IMG/VR virus record: IMGVR_UViG_3300042291_000844 | Coordinates: 1 to 64,000 of that record | Direction: 5' to 3' (one strand) | Length of the DNA: 64,000 nt | DNA from: a virus | Taxonomy: Duplodnaviria > Caudoviricetes | Shown: piece by piece, positions 38,293 through 47,007 of the stretch | How the letters are laid out: the number at the start of each line of letters is the position of its first letter | How positions within the stretch are numbered: the first letter of the stretch is position 1 | Notes under the pieces: generated by a model | The model's input: the letters and a program-made list of their open reading frames with translations, nothing else | What the model was told of the DNA's origin: nothing | The model's database searches: none | Translations under genes and position numbers: made by a program

Positions 38293-38664
38293 TTATCCTA
38301 AGTTAATTAGTTTATATTTTGTTGAGTATAATAGTTTAGCAATATTATCTAATTCATTCTGAATCCAACTTACCTTTAATTTATCTTGTTGTCTTTCATT
38401 TTCTAAAAATTTAATCAGTTTATCGAAATAAGCAATTATGTTTTCTTTTGATGAATCGGTATCTATTCCGTTTACTTGTTTGTAAGTTATCAAACCATAT
38501 TTACCTTGATACGCCTCAATTAAACCATCTAATAGGGGTATAAGTTCCGTATAGTAAGTTTCTAATGCTAAATGTAATGCAAGAGAACCCGGTCCATTAA
38601 CTCCTGTGTGGAATTGATGTGTTTGTGTTCTACTATGAAAAAAAATCGAAGCTAATTGTTCCAT
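38293..38664 (-). CDS. Ferritin/Dps-like four-helix protein (DUF5856-like)
   Basis: H.FH......A.H.AL..YY..L..L.D.L.EAYQG.YG and ...I.N.LD.I..L...T.YKL pattern. Confidence 0.65.
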   Translation of the reverse strand: MEQLASIFFHSRTQTHQFHTGVNGPGSLALHLALETYYTELIPLLDGLIEAYQGKYGLITYKQVNGIDTDSSKENIIAYFDKLIKFLENERQQDKLKVSWIQNELDNIAKLLYSTKYKLINLG

Positions 38665-38705
38665 CTAATATATCCCTTTGGTAATAAGTATATAAAAAGG
38701 TTAAT

Positions 38706-39470
38706 TTAAATAATTTTTGAATTTATTTTTTGTTTTGAAAACGGATAGTATGCACACAATTCTTGTGTATCTGGTAATTCGGATTCCCATATTTTTGCTA
38801 TACTTAGCATATTATCATCATAATATTCTGATAAATGTTCTTTTACAAAATTGTGATGACACATTATGGTAGGATGCCCATCTAATTCGTATGGAATTTT
38901 AGTATCTTTAAAACCATATGATTGTGGGTTAGTTTTTGAAGAATATGATTGTAAACTTTCATTAATGTAGACATCCTTTTTGTAATCATTAAGAAGTAAA
39001 TTTACATTATCATCAGTTTTTAATGTAATACCCATATCAGTTTGTAATAAATCAAATGCTTGAAGAATTTTATACTTACATCCAATCCCATCTAATAAGG
39101 CTTTAATAGTTTTAACCATAAACCAAGTGTTATATATTGAATGTTCATCACTCCACACTTCTCTTACAAATTTTTCCCCAAAAATATCTTCTGAGTTGTA
39201 AATATTTCCATTTAATATAAAAGCTTTATACTTTGGGTTATATATATCTAATCTATTAAAACTACTTAACATTATTAAAACCACATCGTTTTTAGTTATG
39301 TTTGCTTTTAAATGCATTTCGTATAATTTTTCAGCAGCATAATAATTACCTGCCCCTTGTTGTGCACAATTATAATGTTCTTTAAAATTTGTTGCTATTA
39401 TGTTAGCCCAGGTGGGCCACATATATTTTGTGTAACTACATCCAAATGTAAATAATCTATTTTTTGTCAT
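38706..39470 (-). CDS. SGNH/GDSL-like hydrolase-fold protein; start corrected to MTKNRLF at 39470
   Basis: LFTFGCSYT..WPTW...AQQGAGN...DGHPT..CH motifs. Confidence 0.6.
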   Translation of the reverse strand: MTKNRLFTFGCSYTKYMWPTWANIIATNFKEHYNCAQQGAGNYYAAEKLYEMHLKANITKNDVVLIMLSSFNRLDIYNPKYKAFILNGNIYNSEDIFGEKFVREVWSDEHSIYNTWFMVKTIKALLDGIGCKYKILQAFDLLQTDMGITLKTDDNVNLLLNDYKKDVYINESLQSYSSKTNPQSYGFKDTKIPYELDGHPTIMCHHNFVKEHLSEYYDDNMLSIAKIWESELPDTQELCAYYPFSKQKINSKII

Positions 39471-39489
39471 TATTATAAATATTATATAC

Positions 39490-39514
39490 AAAAAAAAGGG
39501 AGAATCCTCCCTTT
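39490..39514 (-). terminator. Terminator closing the small-gene cassette
   Basis: AAAGGGAG-loop-CTCCCTTT with a T8 run on the minus strand. Confidence 0.8.
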
Positions 39515-39545
39515 AACAAATGAACAAACAAACAAAACTAATATC

Positions 39546-39812
39546 TTAATACTCAATCATTGAGACCGGTACGTTGTATGAAGCAAATCCACCTTTTACT
39601 CTCAAATTGGCTTTAGTTCGGTTGATTTTAACAACCTCTAACTCTCTACCCATTAATTTGGGGTGATTTACTTTAACCGTCATACCTACTTGCAATGACA
39701 ATTTCTTTTCTAACGATTCTATGGTACGTTTTTGCTTAATCAGTTCAATAACCATTTGGTTAACATTACGCAATTCTGCTACTGATAATTTTGATAATTC
39801 TGAATAATTCAT
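39546..39812 (-). CDS. Small hypothetical protein, C-terminal KOW/SH3-like fold
   Basis: LQVGMTVKV...VVKINRTKA...YNVPVSMI. Confidence 0.75.
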   Translation of the reverse strand: MNYSELSKLSVAELRNVNQMVIELIKQKRTIESLEKKLSLQVGMTVKVNHPKLMGRELEVVKINRTKANLRVKGGFASYNVPVSMIEY

Positions 39813-39835
39813 GTCTTTTATGTTTTAAATTTTAA

Positions 39836-40048
39836 TTAATCTATTTCGCCAAATACTCTAATCCATTCCTCATTGGTAATCCCCGTCATAAGGAACTCCC
39901 TTTCGTCCATTGTTAAGTTTGGAACGATGTTTTGTATCAATTCCGTTGAATTGCGACGATTCTCTATTCTTAATAACTCATCTTGAGTAACATTGATATT
40001 CAATGTATGTTCAATACCGGTTAAACTGCTGATTTTTGTAATATTCAT
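39836..40048 (-). CDS. Small hypothetical protein
   Basis: 70 aa; IQNIVPNLTMDEREFLMTGIT..EW; A-rich leader. Confidence 0.75.
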   Translation of the reverse strand: MNITKISSLTGIEHTLNINVTQDELLRIENRRNSTELIQNIVPNLTMDEREFLMTGITNEEWIRVFGEID

Positions 40049-40066
40049 ATTTTTATATTTTAAGGG

Positions 40067-40309
40067 TTACCAACACAACATATCTCCTGCCTTATCCCAA
40101 CTTCTAGCACCACTTTCGGTTGCTTTGTGAAGTGTATTGTAATCCACATCTAAGTTGGAATTACCGAACTGGCGTTTAAGTTCTGATTTGAATTCCGTAA
40201 GGTTCTTAGCCCAAACATCGTTGAACCCACCACTTACCCAATTGAATTGGTATCGGTATTCACCTTTTGAATTCTTTAACAATCTTTCATACTTTGCTCT
40301 ATGTTTCAT
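40067..40309 (-). CDS. Small hypothetical protein
   Basis: 80 aa; first gene after the promoter at 40354-40383. Confidence 0.75.
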   Translation of the reverse strand: MKHRAKYERLLKNSKGEYRYQFNWVSGGFNDVWAKNLTEFKSELKRQFGNSNLDVDYNTLHKATESGARSWDKAGDMLCW

Positions 40310-40353
40310 AATTTTATATTTTATATTTTATAGTTTATTATCTCTCAATCTTA

Positions 40354-40383
40354 TAAAGCTAATCTACAACTTTTTTTCCACAT
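40354..40383 (-). promoter_or_regulatory. Bacteroidota-type sigma-A promoter candidate (early), copy 1
   Basis: Minus strand ATG-N19-TAGCTTTA, compared with the Flavobacterium consensus TTG-N19-TAnnTTTG; paralogous to 40996-41025. Confidence 0.6.
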
Positions 40384-40407
40384 TTCCTAATATTTTAGGA
40401 CTTATTT

Positions 40408-40716
40408 TTATAAATAAGTTGGGCCATAATGAGACCATTTAGCTGTCCCCTCAAATATGTTTCCTCTACTATGTTTAGCCGGGGCTCTCCAACTGGCAGG
40501 TTTCATTAAATCACCTTTCTTAACCGGAACTCCCATATGGTAACCATCAAACATTGAAACGAACGCCCATACGTGGTTACTATCCATAATTTTCATAAAC
40601 TTAGAACCCTTTTTAACCTTTAACGGGGTATAATCACTATAATACTCACCCGATTCGTGTCTTTTTTTACGGTCTGCATCAACCTTTGCTAACCAAATTT
40701 CAAATTGCGTTTTCAT
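40408..40716 (-). CDS. Small hypothetical protein of a type common in T4-like phages
   Basis: VWAFV...GDLMKPASWRAPAKHSRGNI motif. Confidence 0.8.
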   Translation of the reverse strand: MKTQFEIWLAKVDADRKKRHESGEYYSDYTPLKVKKGSKFMKIMDSNHVWAFVSMFDGYHMGVPVKKGDLMKPASWRAPAKHSRGNIFEGTAKWSHYGPTYL

Positions 40717-40728
40717 ATATCTTATATT

Positions 40729-40959
40729 TTATTTTAACCATAAATTGTAAACATAATCATACTTTACATTCAAAGTCTCTGCAAGTTTCTCAAACAATCT
40801 CTCTCTGATTACACTATCGGTAACACCAATGTATCGGTAAACATCCTCACCAACAATCAGTTTATTTAATAGACCGGGAAATGTGGGGGTTTCATTCAAT
40901 TCTAATCCCAAATCATCGGTTGGGAAGTTCTCTACATAATACTCTTTAATTGTGCTCAT
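40729..40959 (-). CDS. Small hypothetical protein
   Basis: 76 aa; VGDSV.RE.LF..LAE...V.YDYVY.LW pattern. Confidence 0.75.
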   Translation of the reverse strand: MSTIKEYYVENFPTDDLGLELNETPTFPGLLNKLIVGEDVYRYIGVTDSVIRERLFEKLAETLNVKYDYVYNLWLK

Positions 40960-40995
40960 ATTTTTTATATTTTATTTGTTTATCTCCTAATCTTA

Positions 40996-41025
40996 TAAAG
41001 CTAAACTACACATTATTTTCCACAA
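40996..41025 (-). promoter_or_regulatory. Bacteroidota-type sigma-A promoter candidate (early), copy 2
   Basis: Minus strand TTG-N19-TAGCTTTA. Confidence 0.65.
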
Positions 41026-41078
41026 TTCCAAATTATTTCCCATTTATTTTCACTTTTTTTGTAAAATTTTTCATTGAT

Positions 41079-41119
41079 TATCAATGAGTTATGGGAGGTT
41101 GACTATCAATGAGTTATGG
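41079..41119 (+). repeat. 16-nt direct repeat x2, each matching the IHF consensus
   Basis: TATCAATGAGTTATGG at 41079-41094 and 41104-41119; fits WATCAANNNNTTR. Confidence 0.7.
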
Positions 41120-41123
41120 ACAT

Positions 41124-41154
41124 AAAAAAAGGGAGAATATTTCTATTCCCCCTT
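41124..41154 (-). terminator. Terminator after the major capsid gene
   Basis: Minus strand GGGGGAATA-GAAA-TATTCTCCC followed by T7 (one G-U pair). Confidence 0.85.
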
Positions 41155-41207
41155 CTTTATTATCGAATCGTTAGTTTGATTCAGTTATCGATTGTTCTTT
41201 ATCTAAA

Positions 41208-42836
41208 TTAGATAGAAGCCAAATCTTTAACATAAATCTTACCATAGAATTCTGGACGGACCATCTTCTTAGCGTAACGAGTCATAACACCACGACGAGG
41301 CGTGAAGTTAGATGGGTCGTACACTAATGGAGTCATAATCAATGGTACATATGGAGCATAAACCGCACCAGTCTCAAGGAAGTTACTTCCTTTGAATCCT
41401 AATAAGATTTCGTTAGAAGTCATATAAGGGTTCTTGTAAACTGTGTAACGAGATGCCAAAGAACCTACTTGAGATACACCAGCTGCGAAAGATGTAGCAT
41501 CTTTATCAGCGTTAACTGTAAATCCAGGAATTGATTCTAAGATAGTACAAACATCTGGAGATGCAACGATGAAGTTAGCACCACCACGTAATGTTAATTG
41601 GTGAATCTTGTTAGAAACTTTGTTCAATTTAACACCTAATGTTTGGAACCATGTATTTTTTTGGTATGCCAATGAATTGTTACCTGCTGACCAAGTACCT
41701 GCTGCTGCATTGTACTCTTCACCGATTGAAGCAGACCAGTAATCAACTGTCAAAGCATTTGATTTTAACATATCTAAGATTTCTAAGTCAATCTCTAAAG
41801 AGATATATTCAGATAACATAGAAGTTAATTCAGCTTCAGCATCGATTGAGTGATATGCATTCAAATCTTGTGCCAATTCTGGAGTCCACACTGCTTTTAA
41901 CTTACGAGTCTTAGCAACGATTGCCTCAGAACGTAATTCTAAGTCAACTTCTGGAATACCTAAATCAGTTGCTGGTTCAGTTGGGTTACCATCTTCGAAA
42001 TCACCACGAGTGTTTGAAGTTGGAGCCTGTGCATATTTAACAGTGATTTGTGTGTGAGCACCAGCTGTGTATTTAGCATAGAATACGATATTATCACCAT
42101 CAACTTTAGTAAATTGAGGATAGAACGCATCAGCAGCAGAGAATGCTGAAGATGAGAAGTAGAATGAACGTACACCATCTAAATCTGGTCTTGATAATTC
42201 TGATTTAGGGAATACAACTTTTCTTAATCCGCCTGTTGCAGTACCTAAAGCTACTGATGCAGATAAAGATGAATCGAATCCAACTTCTGCCCATGTTGCA
42301 GAACCAGTACTGATTACATCAGCAGATGCTACTAATGAACTAGATTCGTTAACTGTATAACCATAACGACCTTCACCATAAAGACCGTTTACTGCAGATT
42401 TAGTTCTACCGAAATCACCATCAAATGTTGAAGTACCTGCACCACCGAATAAAGATTTTCCAGAAAATGCTGGATTACCTGGAACTGCAGTACCATATTT
42501 GAAGTCTAGATAGAATATAAGACCTGAAGGTAAGTTCATTGGTTGAACTGAAACGAATTCTTTCGCTGCAATTTCACCAAAGATTCTTCTTACTAATGGT
42601 AAAGCGACGCCAGACCATTCTTCAGAACCTGCTGAAGTACCAGTTGCGGTAGCTTCATCCAATAATTGTTTCGCTTGGTTCTCTAATAGAACTGCGATTT
42701 GAGATTGCTCTCTTTCTTTTAAACCTTCTAAAAGACCAGTTGCTTCCCATTTGCTTTTCAATTGACGTGTTTCAGCCAACATTACCGCTTGTGGGTTCTT
42801 GCCTTCCATAAGTTTAGATAAATTAAAATTTGCCAT
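41208..42836 (-). CDS. gp23: Major capsid protein (T4 gp23-like)
   Basis: PLVRR, VSVQPMNLPSGLIFY, AKTRKLKAVWTPELAQDLNAYH.IDAEAEL, YAPYVPL, P..G.MTRY motifs; AAAGGAG RBS. Confidence 0.97.
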   Translation of the reverse strand: MANFNLSKLMEGKNPQAVMLAETRQLKSKWEATGLLEGLKEREQSQIAVLLENQAKQLLDEATATGTSAGSEEWSGVALPLVRRIFGEIAAKEFVSVQPMNLPSGLIFYLDFKYGTAVPGNPAFSGKSLFGGAGTSTFDGDFGRTKSAVNGLYGEGRYGYTVNESSSLVASADVISTGSATWAEVGFDSSLSASVALGTATGGLRKVVFPKSELSRPDLDGVRSFYFSSSAFSAADAFYPQFTKVDGDNIVFYAKYTAGAHTQITVKYAQAPTSNTRGDFEDGNPTEPATDLGIPEVDLELRSEAIVAKTRKLKAVWTPELAQDLNAYHSIDAEAELTSMLSEYISLEIDLEILDMLKSNALTVDYWSASIGEEYNAAAGTWSAGNNSLAYQKNTWFQTLGVKLNKVSNKIHQLTLRGGANFIVASPDVCTILESIPGFTVNADKDATSFAAGVSQVGSLASRYTVYKNPYMTSNEILLGFKGSNFLETGAVYAPYVPLIMTPLVYDPSNFTPRRGVMTRYAKKMVRPEFYGKIYVKDLASI

Positions 42837-42871
42837 TTTATTTTTTCTCCTTTGGGGTTGTTTTTTTTTGT

Positions 42872-43987
42872 TTATTTAATATTTGCTAATTTCTTGAAAC
42901 GTTCTGCCATAGAATTGCTTTCTGCTATAATTGTTTTTGGAGCAGTTGAAGCAACTTTTTTCGATGCGAATGATTCATTCATTTTAGTTTGTTGTTTTAC
43001 CTTCTTAGCAGTTCCACCAATTTTCATTGATTCAGCTAATGTAGAGAAAACTAATTTTACTTCTCTAACGTTTTGAGTTCTATCTAAAGTTTCAACAACT
43101 TTATGTTTTTGCTCATTAGTTAAATCGTAAGAACGGAATAATTTGTTAGTATACAATAATTTTGCATTTAACAAGTTTACTTCGTTGATTGTAGATTTCA
43201 AAGATTTGATAACTTTGTATGCTTCTTCTAAATCAGCTTGTAATTCAGCTTTTTCTTCATCAGCACCTTCTTTCATTTCCTCTTCTTCACCTTCCATTTT
43301 TTCGTCATCACCATAACCCATTTCACGTAAGATTTCGTCTAAGTCGATTTCTTCGTCTTCTTCGGATACTGGTTCTGCTTTTTCGTCACCTTCTGCAAAA
43401 GCTTCTGGTTTTTCTTCCTCTTCAACATACTCAGGTTTTTCAGTTTCGAATTTTACTTCGCCTTTTTCATCACCTTCTTCTGTCATTGGGTCGTTTTTAC
43501 CATCTAACTCTTGTTCTAGTTCTCTGATAATTTCTTCTAAATCGAAATCATCTTCATCCATAGGTTCAGGTTTTTCTTCTTCAGAAATTGCTCCAGTTGG
43601 GTCGTCGTTAACACCATCACCATTTTCATCTTCATCAGATTCTGCGATTGTGTTGTTTTCGTCTTCTTTACCTGGTGTTGCTGTTTCTTTGTCAGTATCA
43701 CCTAATTCTGTGTGTGCATCAGTTGAGATACCCTGTGGGTCTTTGTTCTCAACATCGCCAAATTTTGTGCTGTCTGCATCCGATGTGTCATCTGCACCAT
43801 ACTCTTCAGTTACATCTGCTGTCTCATCTTCTTCACCTTCCATTTCGGCTGTGATTTTCTTAGATAAGATAGATTGTAAACGTGGAGTAAAAGCTTCCTC
43901 TAATGCGATTTTAGCATTAGCGATTGCAGTTTCACGTACGGCTTTAGCATCAGCAATTGCATCTTTCAACAATTTTGAATTTGCCAT
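42872..43987 (-). CDS. Prohead core scaffold protein (gp22-like)
   Basis: Highly acidic with a coiled-coil C-terminus; immediately upstream of the capsid gene; AAAGGA RBS. Confidence 0.85.
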   Translation of the reverse strand: MANSKLLKDAIADAKAVRETAIANAKIALEEAFTPRLQSILSKKITAEMEGEEDETADVTEEYGADDTSDADSTKFGDVENKDPQGISTDAHTELGDTDKETATPGKEDENNTIAESDEDENGDGVNDDPTGAISEEEKPEPMDEDDFDLEEIIRELEQELDGKNDPMTEEGDEKGEVKFETEKPEYVEEEEKPEAFAEGDEKAEPVSEEDEEIDLDEILREMGYGDDEKMEGEEEEMKEGADEEKAELQADLEEAYKVIKSLKSTINEVNLLNAKLLYTNKLFRSYDLTNEQKHKVVETLDRTQNVREVKLVFSTLAESMKIGGTAKKVKQQTKMNESFASKKVASTAPKTIIAESNSMAERFKKLANIK

Positions 43988-44136
43988 TTGTTTTCTTCCT
44001 TTACTTTTTTTTCTGAAAATATTGAGTGATTTTCAATCGAATTGATTAAGTTAGTTGTTCGGTGACCTCACATAAGGGTGGGTATTCATTAACCAACGGG
44101 ATAAAATTAAACCTACATTAAGTAGGTTATTATAGA

Positions 44137-44144
44137 AATAAATA
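44137..44144 (-). promoter_or_regulatory. Late-type motif
   Basis: Plus-strand AATAAATA upstream of the scaffold/capsid leader. Confidence 0.6.
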
Positions 44145-44185
44145 TATAAATGTTTACGAAACCGCAAAATTTATGTAAAATATTT

Positions 44186-44488
44186 TTAATCTCTTGAGGT
44201 GTCTTTATCTGATTGAGGTGTTTTTTTACTAACTTTCTTTTTCTTTTTAGTAAAAAACCTAATCGTTCTATCACCATCTGCAATCTTACCGAGAGCAACT
44301 CTTTTTTGCTCTTCTCTGATTGCCTTTTGTTTTTGTAATCGTCTTTTTGTAGTAGGTTTAACGTATTCCTTTCTTTCTCTTAGTTCTAAGAGGTGTCCAG
44401 ATTCCATAACCTTTTTTTTGAATTTCTTTAAAGCCTTTGCAATGTCTCCATTACGAACTTCGACTGTAACTCTTGATAATCCGCTCAT
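44186..44488 (-). CDS. rpsU: Phage-encoded 30S ribosomal protein bS21 with C-terminal extension
   Basis: V.VRNGDIAKALKKFKKKV...G.L.ELRERKEYVKPT.KRR.QKQKA bS21 signature. Confidence 0.93.
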   Translation of the reverse strand: MSGLSRVTVEVRNGDIAKALKKFKKKVMESGHLLELRERKEYVKPTTKRRLQKQKAIREEQKRVALGKIADGDRTIRFFTKKKKKVSKKTPQSDKDTSRD

Positions 44489-44524
44489 TAATTGTATTTA
44501 AATTGTGTTTGTAACTTATTTGGT

Positions 44525-44532
44525 AATAAATA
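44525..44532 (-). promoter_or_regulatory. Late-type motif
   Basis: Plus-strand AATAAATA upstream of bS21. Confidence 0.6.
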
Positions 44533-44545
44533 TGTCTTTTATAGA

Positions 44546-45619
44546 TTATTTGCTTAAAAGGAACAATGCTTCTTCAGCTTCTTGTTGATTTTTAATCTTT
44601 GGGTCTTTATACATATCTACTTTATATCCTCTTAACGCATTTGATAAGAATATCATATACTTAGGATGTCCTAATTTTTCTTCTAACGTAGAAAGTGAAT
44701 CATAGAACGATTGCTCGTTTCCTTTATTCATTTTTTCTGCTGCTTTGAATTCTTCTTTATGTTTATCAATATATGATGCAGTTGAATCTTTATATCCGTA
44801 TTGTGCTTCGTTTACTTTACCACAATCAACACAATTAGTTTTAGATTCTTCTAATGGCCATTGTTTCAACCACTTTAACCACTCTTTAGTATTCCAATCG
44901 TTTCTTTGTCTTGCATCTACTTTATAGTATTTTGCAAATACATCTTTTAATTCTGATTTGTAATTAGCAAAACCGGGTATTTTAGATGTAACGTTTACAA
45001 ATTCATTTGCACTAGCGTAATGTTCCATTGAGTTAGATAACATATCTACTAATGCTAACATTGCTTTATCATTACCTAACGCTTCGTTTACTGATTCATT
45101 CTTTGGAACACAATTAGGAACTTGAGCACCACCTTTACCTGGTTTCATTCCTATCATCTCATATCCTTTCCAACATGGGTCTTTCTCCCCACCTTGTAAT
45201 TTACCATCTTCTCTCAATCCCAAACGTTCTCTCATTTGTTCTTCAGAAATTTCACCAATTTTATAGTAACGAGATAGGATATGTCCCATATCTTCGTATA
45301 ATCCATGTAATCTTTGGTCTAAGTTCTTTGCTTCTATTGCAACTTGGTCGAATGATTTACCTAATTTAGTTAATTCATTCATATTACGTTTAACAGTATG
45401 TGCATCAAACCAATCATCTGCTTCGTTTACCGCCAATTCTCTAGCTGCATCGGTAATACCACCTAAAGTTTCTGCAACTTCAGTAATATCTGATTTTCTA
45501 TCCATCATTTCTTGATACTTGTTGTATGTAGAAACGATTTCTAAGAAATGTTTTTTTACTTCGTTAGAAAATCTTTTTGGTTCTTCACCTTCTTTAACTA
45601 TCTTTGATAAACGTATCAT
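44546..45619 (-). CDS. Putative internal head protein, modular
   Basis: N-term MIRLSKIVKE; internal ESVNE; TAGGAG RBS; lies in the head cluster. Confidence 0.6.
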   Translation of the reverse strand: MIRLSKIVKEGEEPKRFSNEVKKHFLEIVSTYNKYQEMMDRKSDITEVAETLGGITDAARELAVNEADDWFDAHTVKRNMNELTKLGKSFDQVAIEAKNLDQRLHGLYEDMGHILSRYYKIGEISEEQMRERLGLREDGKLQGGEKDPCWKGYEMIGMKPGKGGAQVPNCVPKNESVNEALGNDKAMLALVDMLSNSMEHYASANEFVNVTSKIPGFANYKSELKDVFAKYYKVDARQRNDWNTKEWLKWLKQWPLEESKTNCVDCGKVNEAQYGYKDSTASYIDKHKEEFKAAEKMNKGNEQSFYDSLSTLEEKLGHPKYMIFLSNALRGYKVDMYKDPKIKNQQEAEEALFLLSK

Positions 45620-45629
45620 TTATTATCTC

Positions 45630-46988
45630 CTATTTTACTAATTTTGCTAATTTTATTGATTCTGATTTAAATGGATTAAATAATCCTCTATTATTTACTT
45701 CCTTTTCAGTAGATGGTGCAACTTTTGCATTTTGTTGGTGTTTGTTCTTTATTGGATTATATTTTTCCAATTCATCAACATTAACATTACCATCTGCATC
45801 GGTTTTAACCTCGCCCGATTTATCATCACCCATTCTTACAATACCAACTGTCTTTGTTCTTGTATTATATACTAAATCATCTTTTTTGAATTTACCTTCA
45901 TTTGTAGTATCTTTTGTTTTAAGTACGTCTGCAAATGTATTTTCAATTTCATCCATCATATTGAATTCATTTAATTCATCCCAATCAAATGATGTTTTTA
46001 ATTTAGTCCAATTTATTTTTTCGTTTTTAGGTGCACCCGATACAATTGTCCAAATCAAGTCATTACATACTTTTATTTTAGCATCTTTATCTTGTGAATA
46101 TTTAGGATTATCTAATGCTTTTATAGTAGTATCATATACTGCTTTAACATTGTTGTATGCTAACTCTTTTCTAGTATAATGTATATCAGCTAATTTTTTA
46201 GCTGCAGCTTCTCTTTTTTTCTTAAAGTATGGAATTATATCTAATATGTCTTCATTTACCATTTTTGATAACGAAAGTCTACCTTCATTCTTCATATATG
46301 GTTTATTATCAAATACTGATTGAATTAAATCCGCTTCTTTATGAAATCCATTCATCCTTAATGTAAATGCTATACCATCTGCTGCATCAACTCCATCCCA
46401 TCCTGATGCTTGTGATACATCCGTACCATAATCATCAATCTCACCAGTTCCGTTCATATAAACCGAACCATCTGCCGAATTCTTACGAATATCAGCCATT
46501 TTCTCTTTATACTTAGGGTCTTTGATTGACGGATATTCAGGTTTCTTTGCAAATTCAGGTTTTCCCTCAATCGCTGCTACTAATTCTCTTGCCTCACTAT
46601 GGAAGTTTGAATCAGTTAGTGCAGAAACTGCTGCTTGAAACATTGCTTCTTTATATTTTTCATTACCCAACTTTTGTGGAGTAATTCCTGATTTCTCAGC
46701 TAATTTCTTAGCATCTTTATTTACCGATGGATTACCTGGTCTTTTCTTTTTAGGTTCTGATGTTGGTTCATCCTTCTTAGGTTCTGCTGCAGGAGTATTA
46801 AATATATTTGCGGTTGGTGTAGATGCCTTTTTAGAAACATCGCCCCCTTTACCATCTGCTTTTGAGTGAGTTCCTGCTTTGATTGCAGAATCTCTACTAT
46901 CCTTTGATTTGAACACCGATGTTTTACCGGTCTTCTTATTAGTAGCAGTAAACGTTTCTTCGTTAAGTAAATTATTTAATTTAATCAT
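45630..46988 (-). CDS. Putative internal head protein, modular
   Basis: N-term MIKLNNLLNE; internal xxNE junctions; AGGA RBS. Confidence 0.6.
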   Translation of the reverse strand: MIKLNNLLNEETFTATNKKTGKTSVFKSKDSRDSAIKAGTHSKADGKGGDVSKKASTPTANIFNTPAAEPKKDEPTSEPKKKRPGNPSVNKDAKKLAEKSGITPQKLGNEKYKEAMFQAAVSALTDSNFHSEARELVAAIEGKPEFAKKPEYPSIKDPKYKEKMADIRKNSADGSVYMNGTGEIDDYGTDVSQASGWDGVDAADGIAFTLRMNGFHKEADLIQSVFDNKPYMKNEGRLSLSKMVNEDILDIIPYFKKKREAAAKKLADIHYTRKELAYNNVKAVYDTTIKALDNPKYSQDKDAKIKVCNDLIWTIVSGAPKNEKINWTKLKTSFDWDELNEFNMMDEIENTFADVLKTKDTTNEGKFKKDDLVYNTRTKTVGIVRMGDDKSGEVKTDADGNVNVDELEKYNPIKNKHQQNAKVAPSTEKEVNNRGLFNPFKSESIKLAKLVK

Positions 46989-47007
46989 TAGTTGATGTTC
47001 CTATATT

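Noticed and set aside
39520-39540. AAAC tetranucleotide repeat
   Set aside because: Only about three copies in AT-rich intergenic DNA; expected by chance.
41071-41119. Mini-CRISPR array
   Set aside because: Only two 16-nt repeats with a 9-nt spacer; too short and no cas genes.
44040-44130. tRNA in the scaffold leader
   Set aside because: No cloverleaf, T-loop (TTCRA in a 7-nt loop) or acceptor stem could be built.
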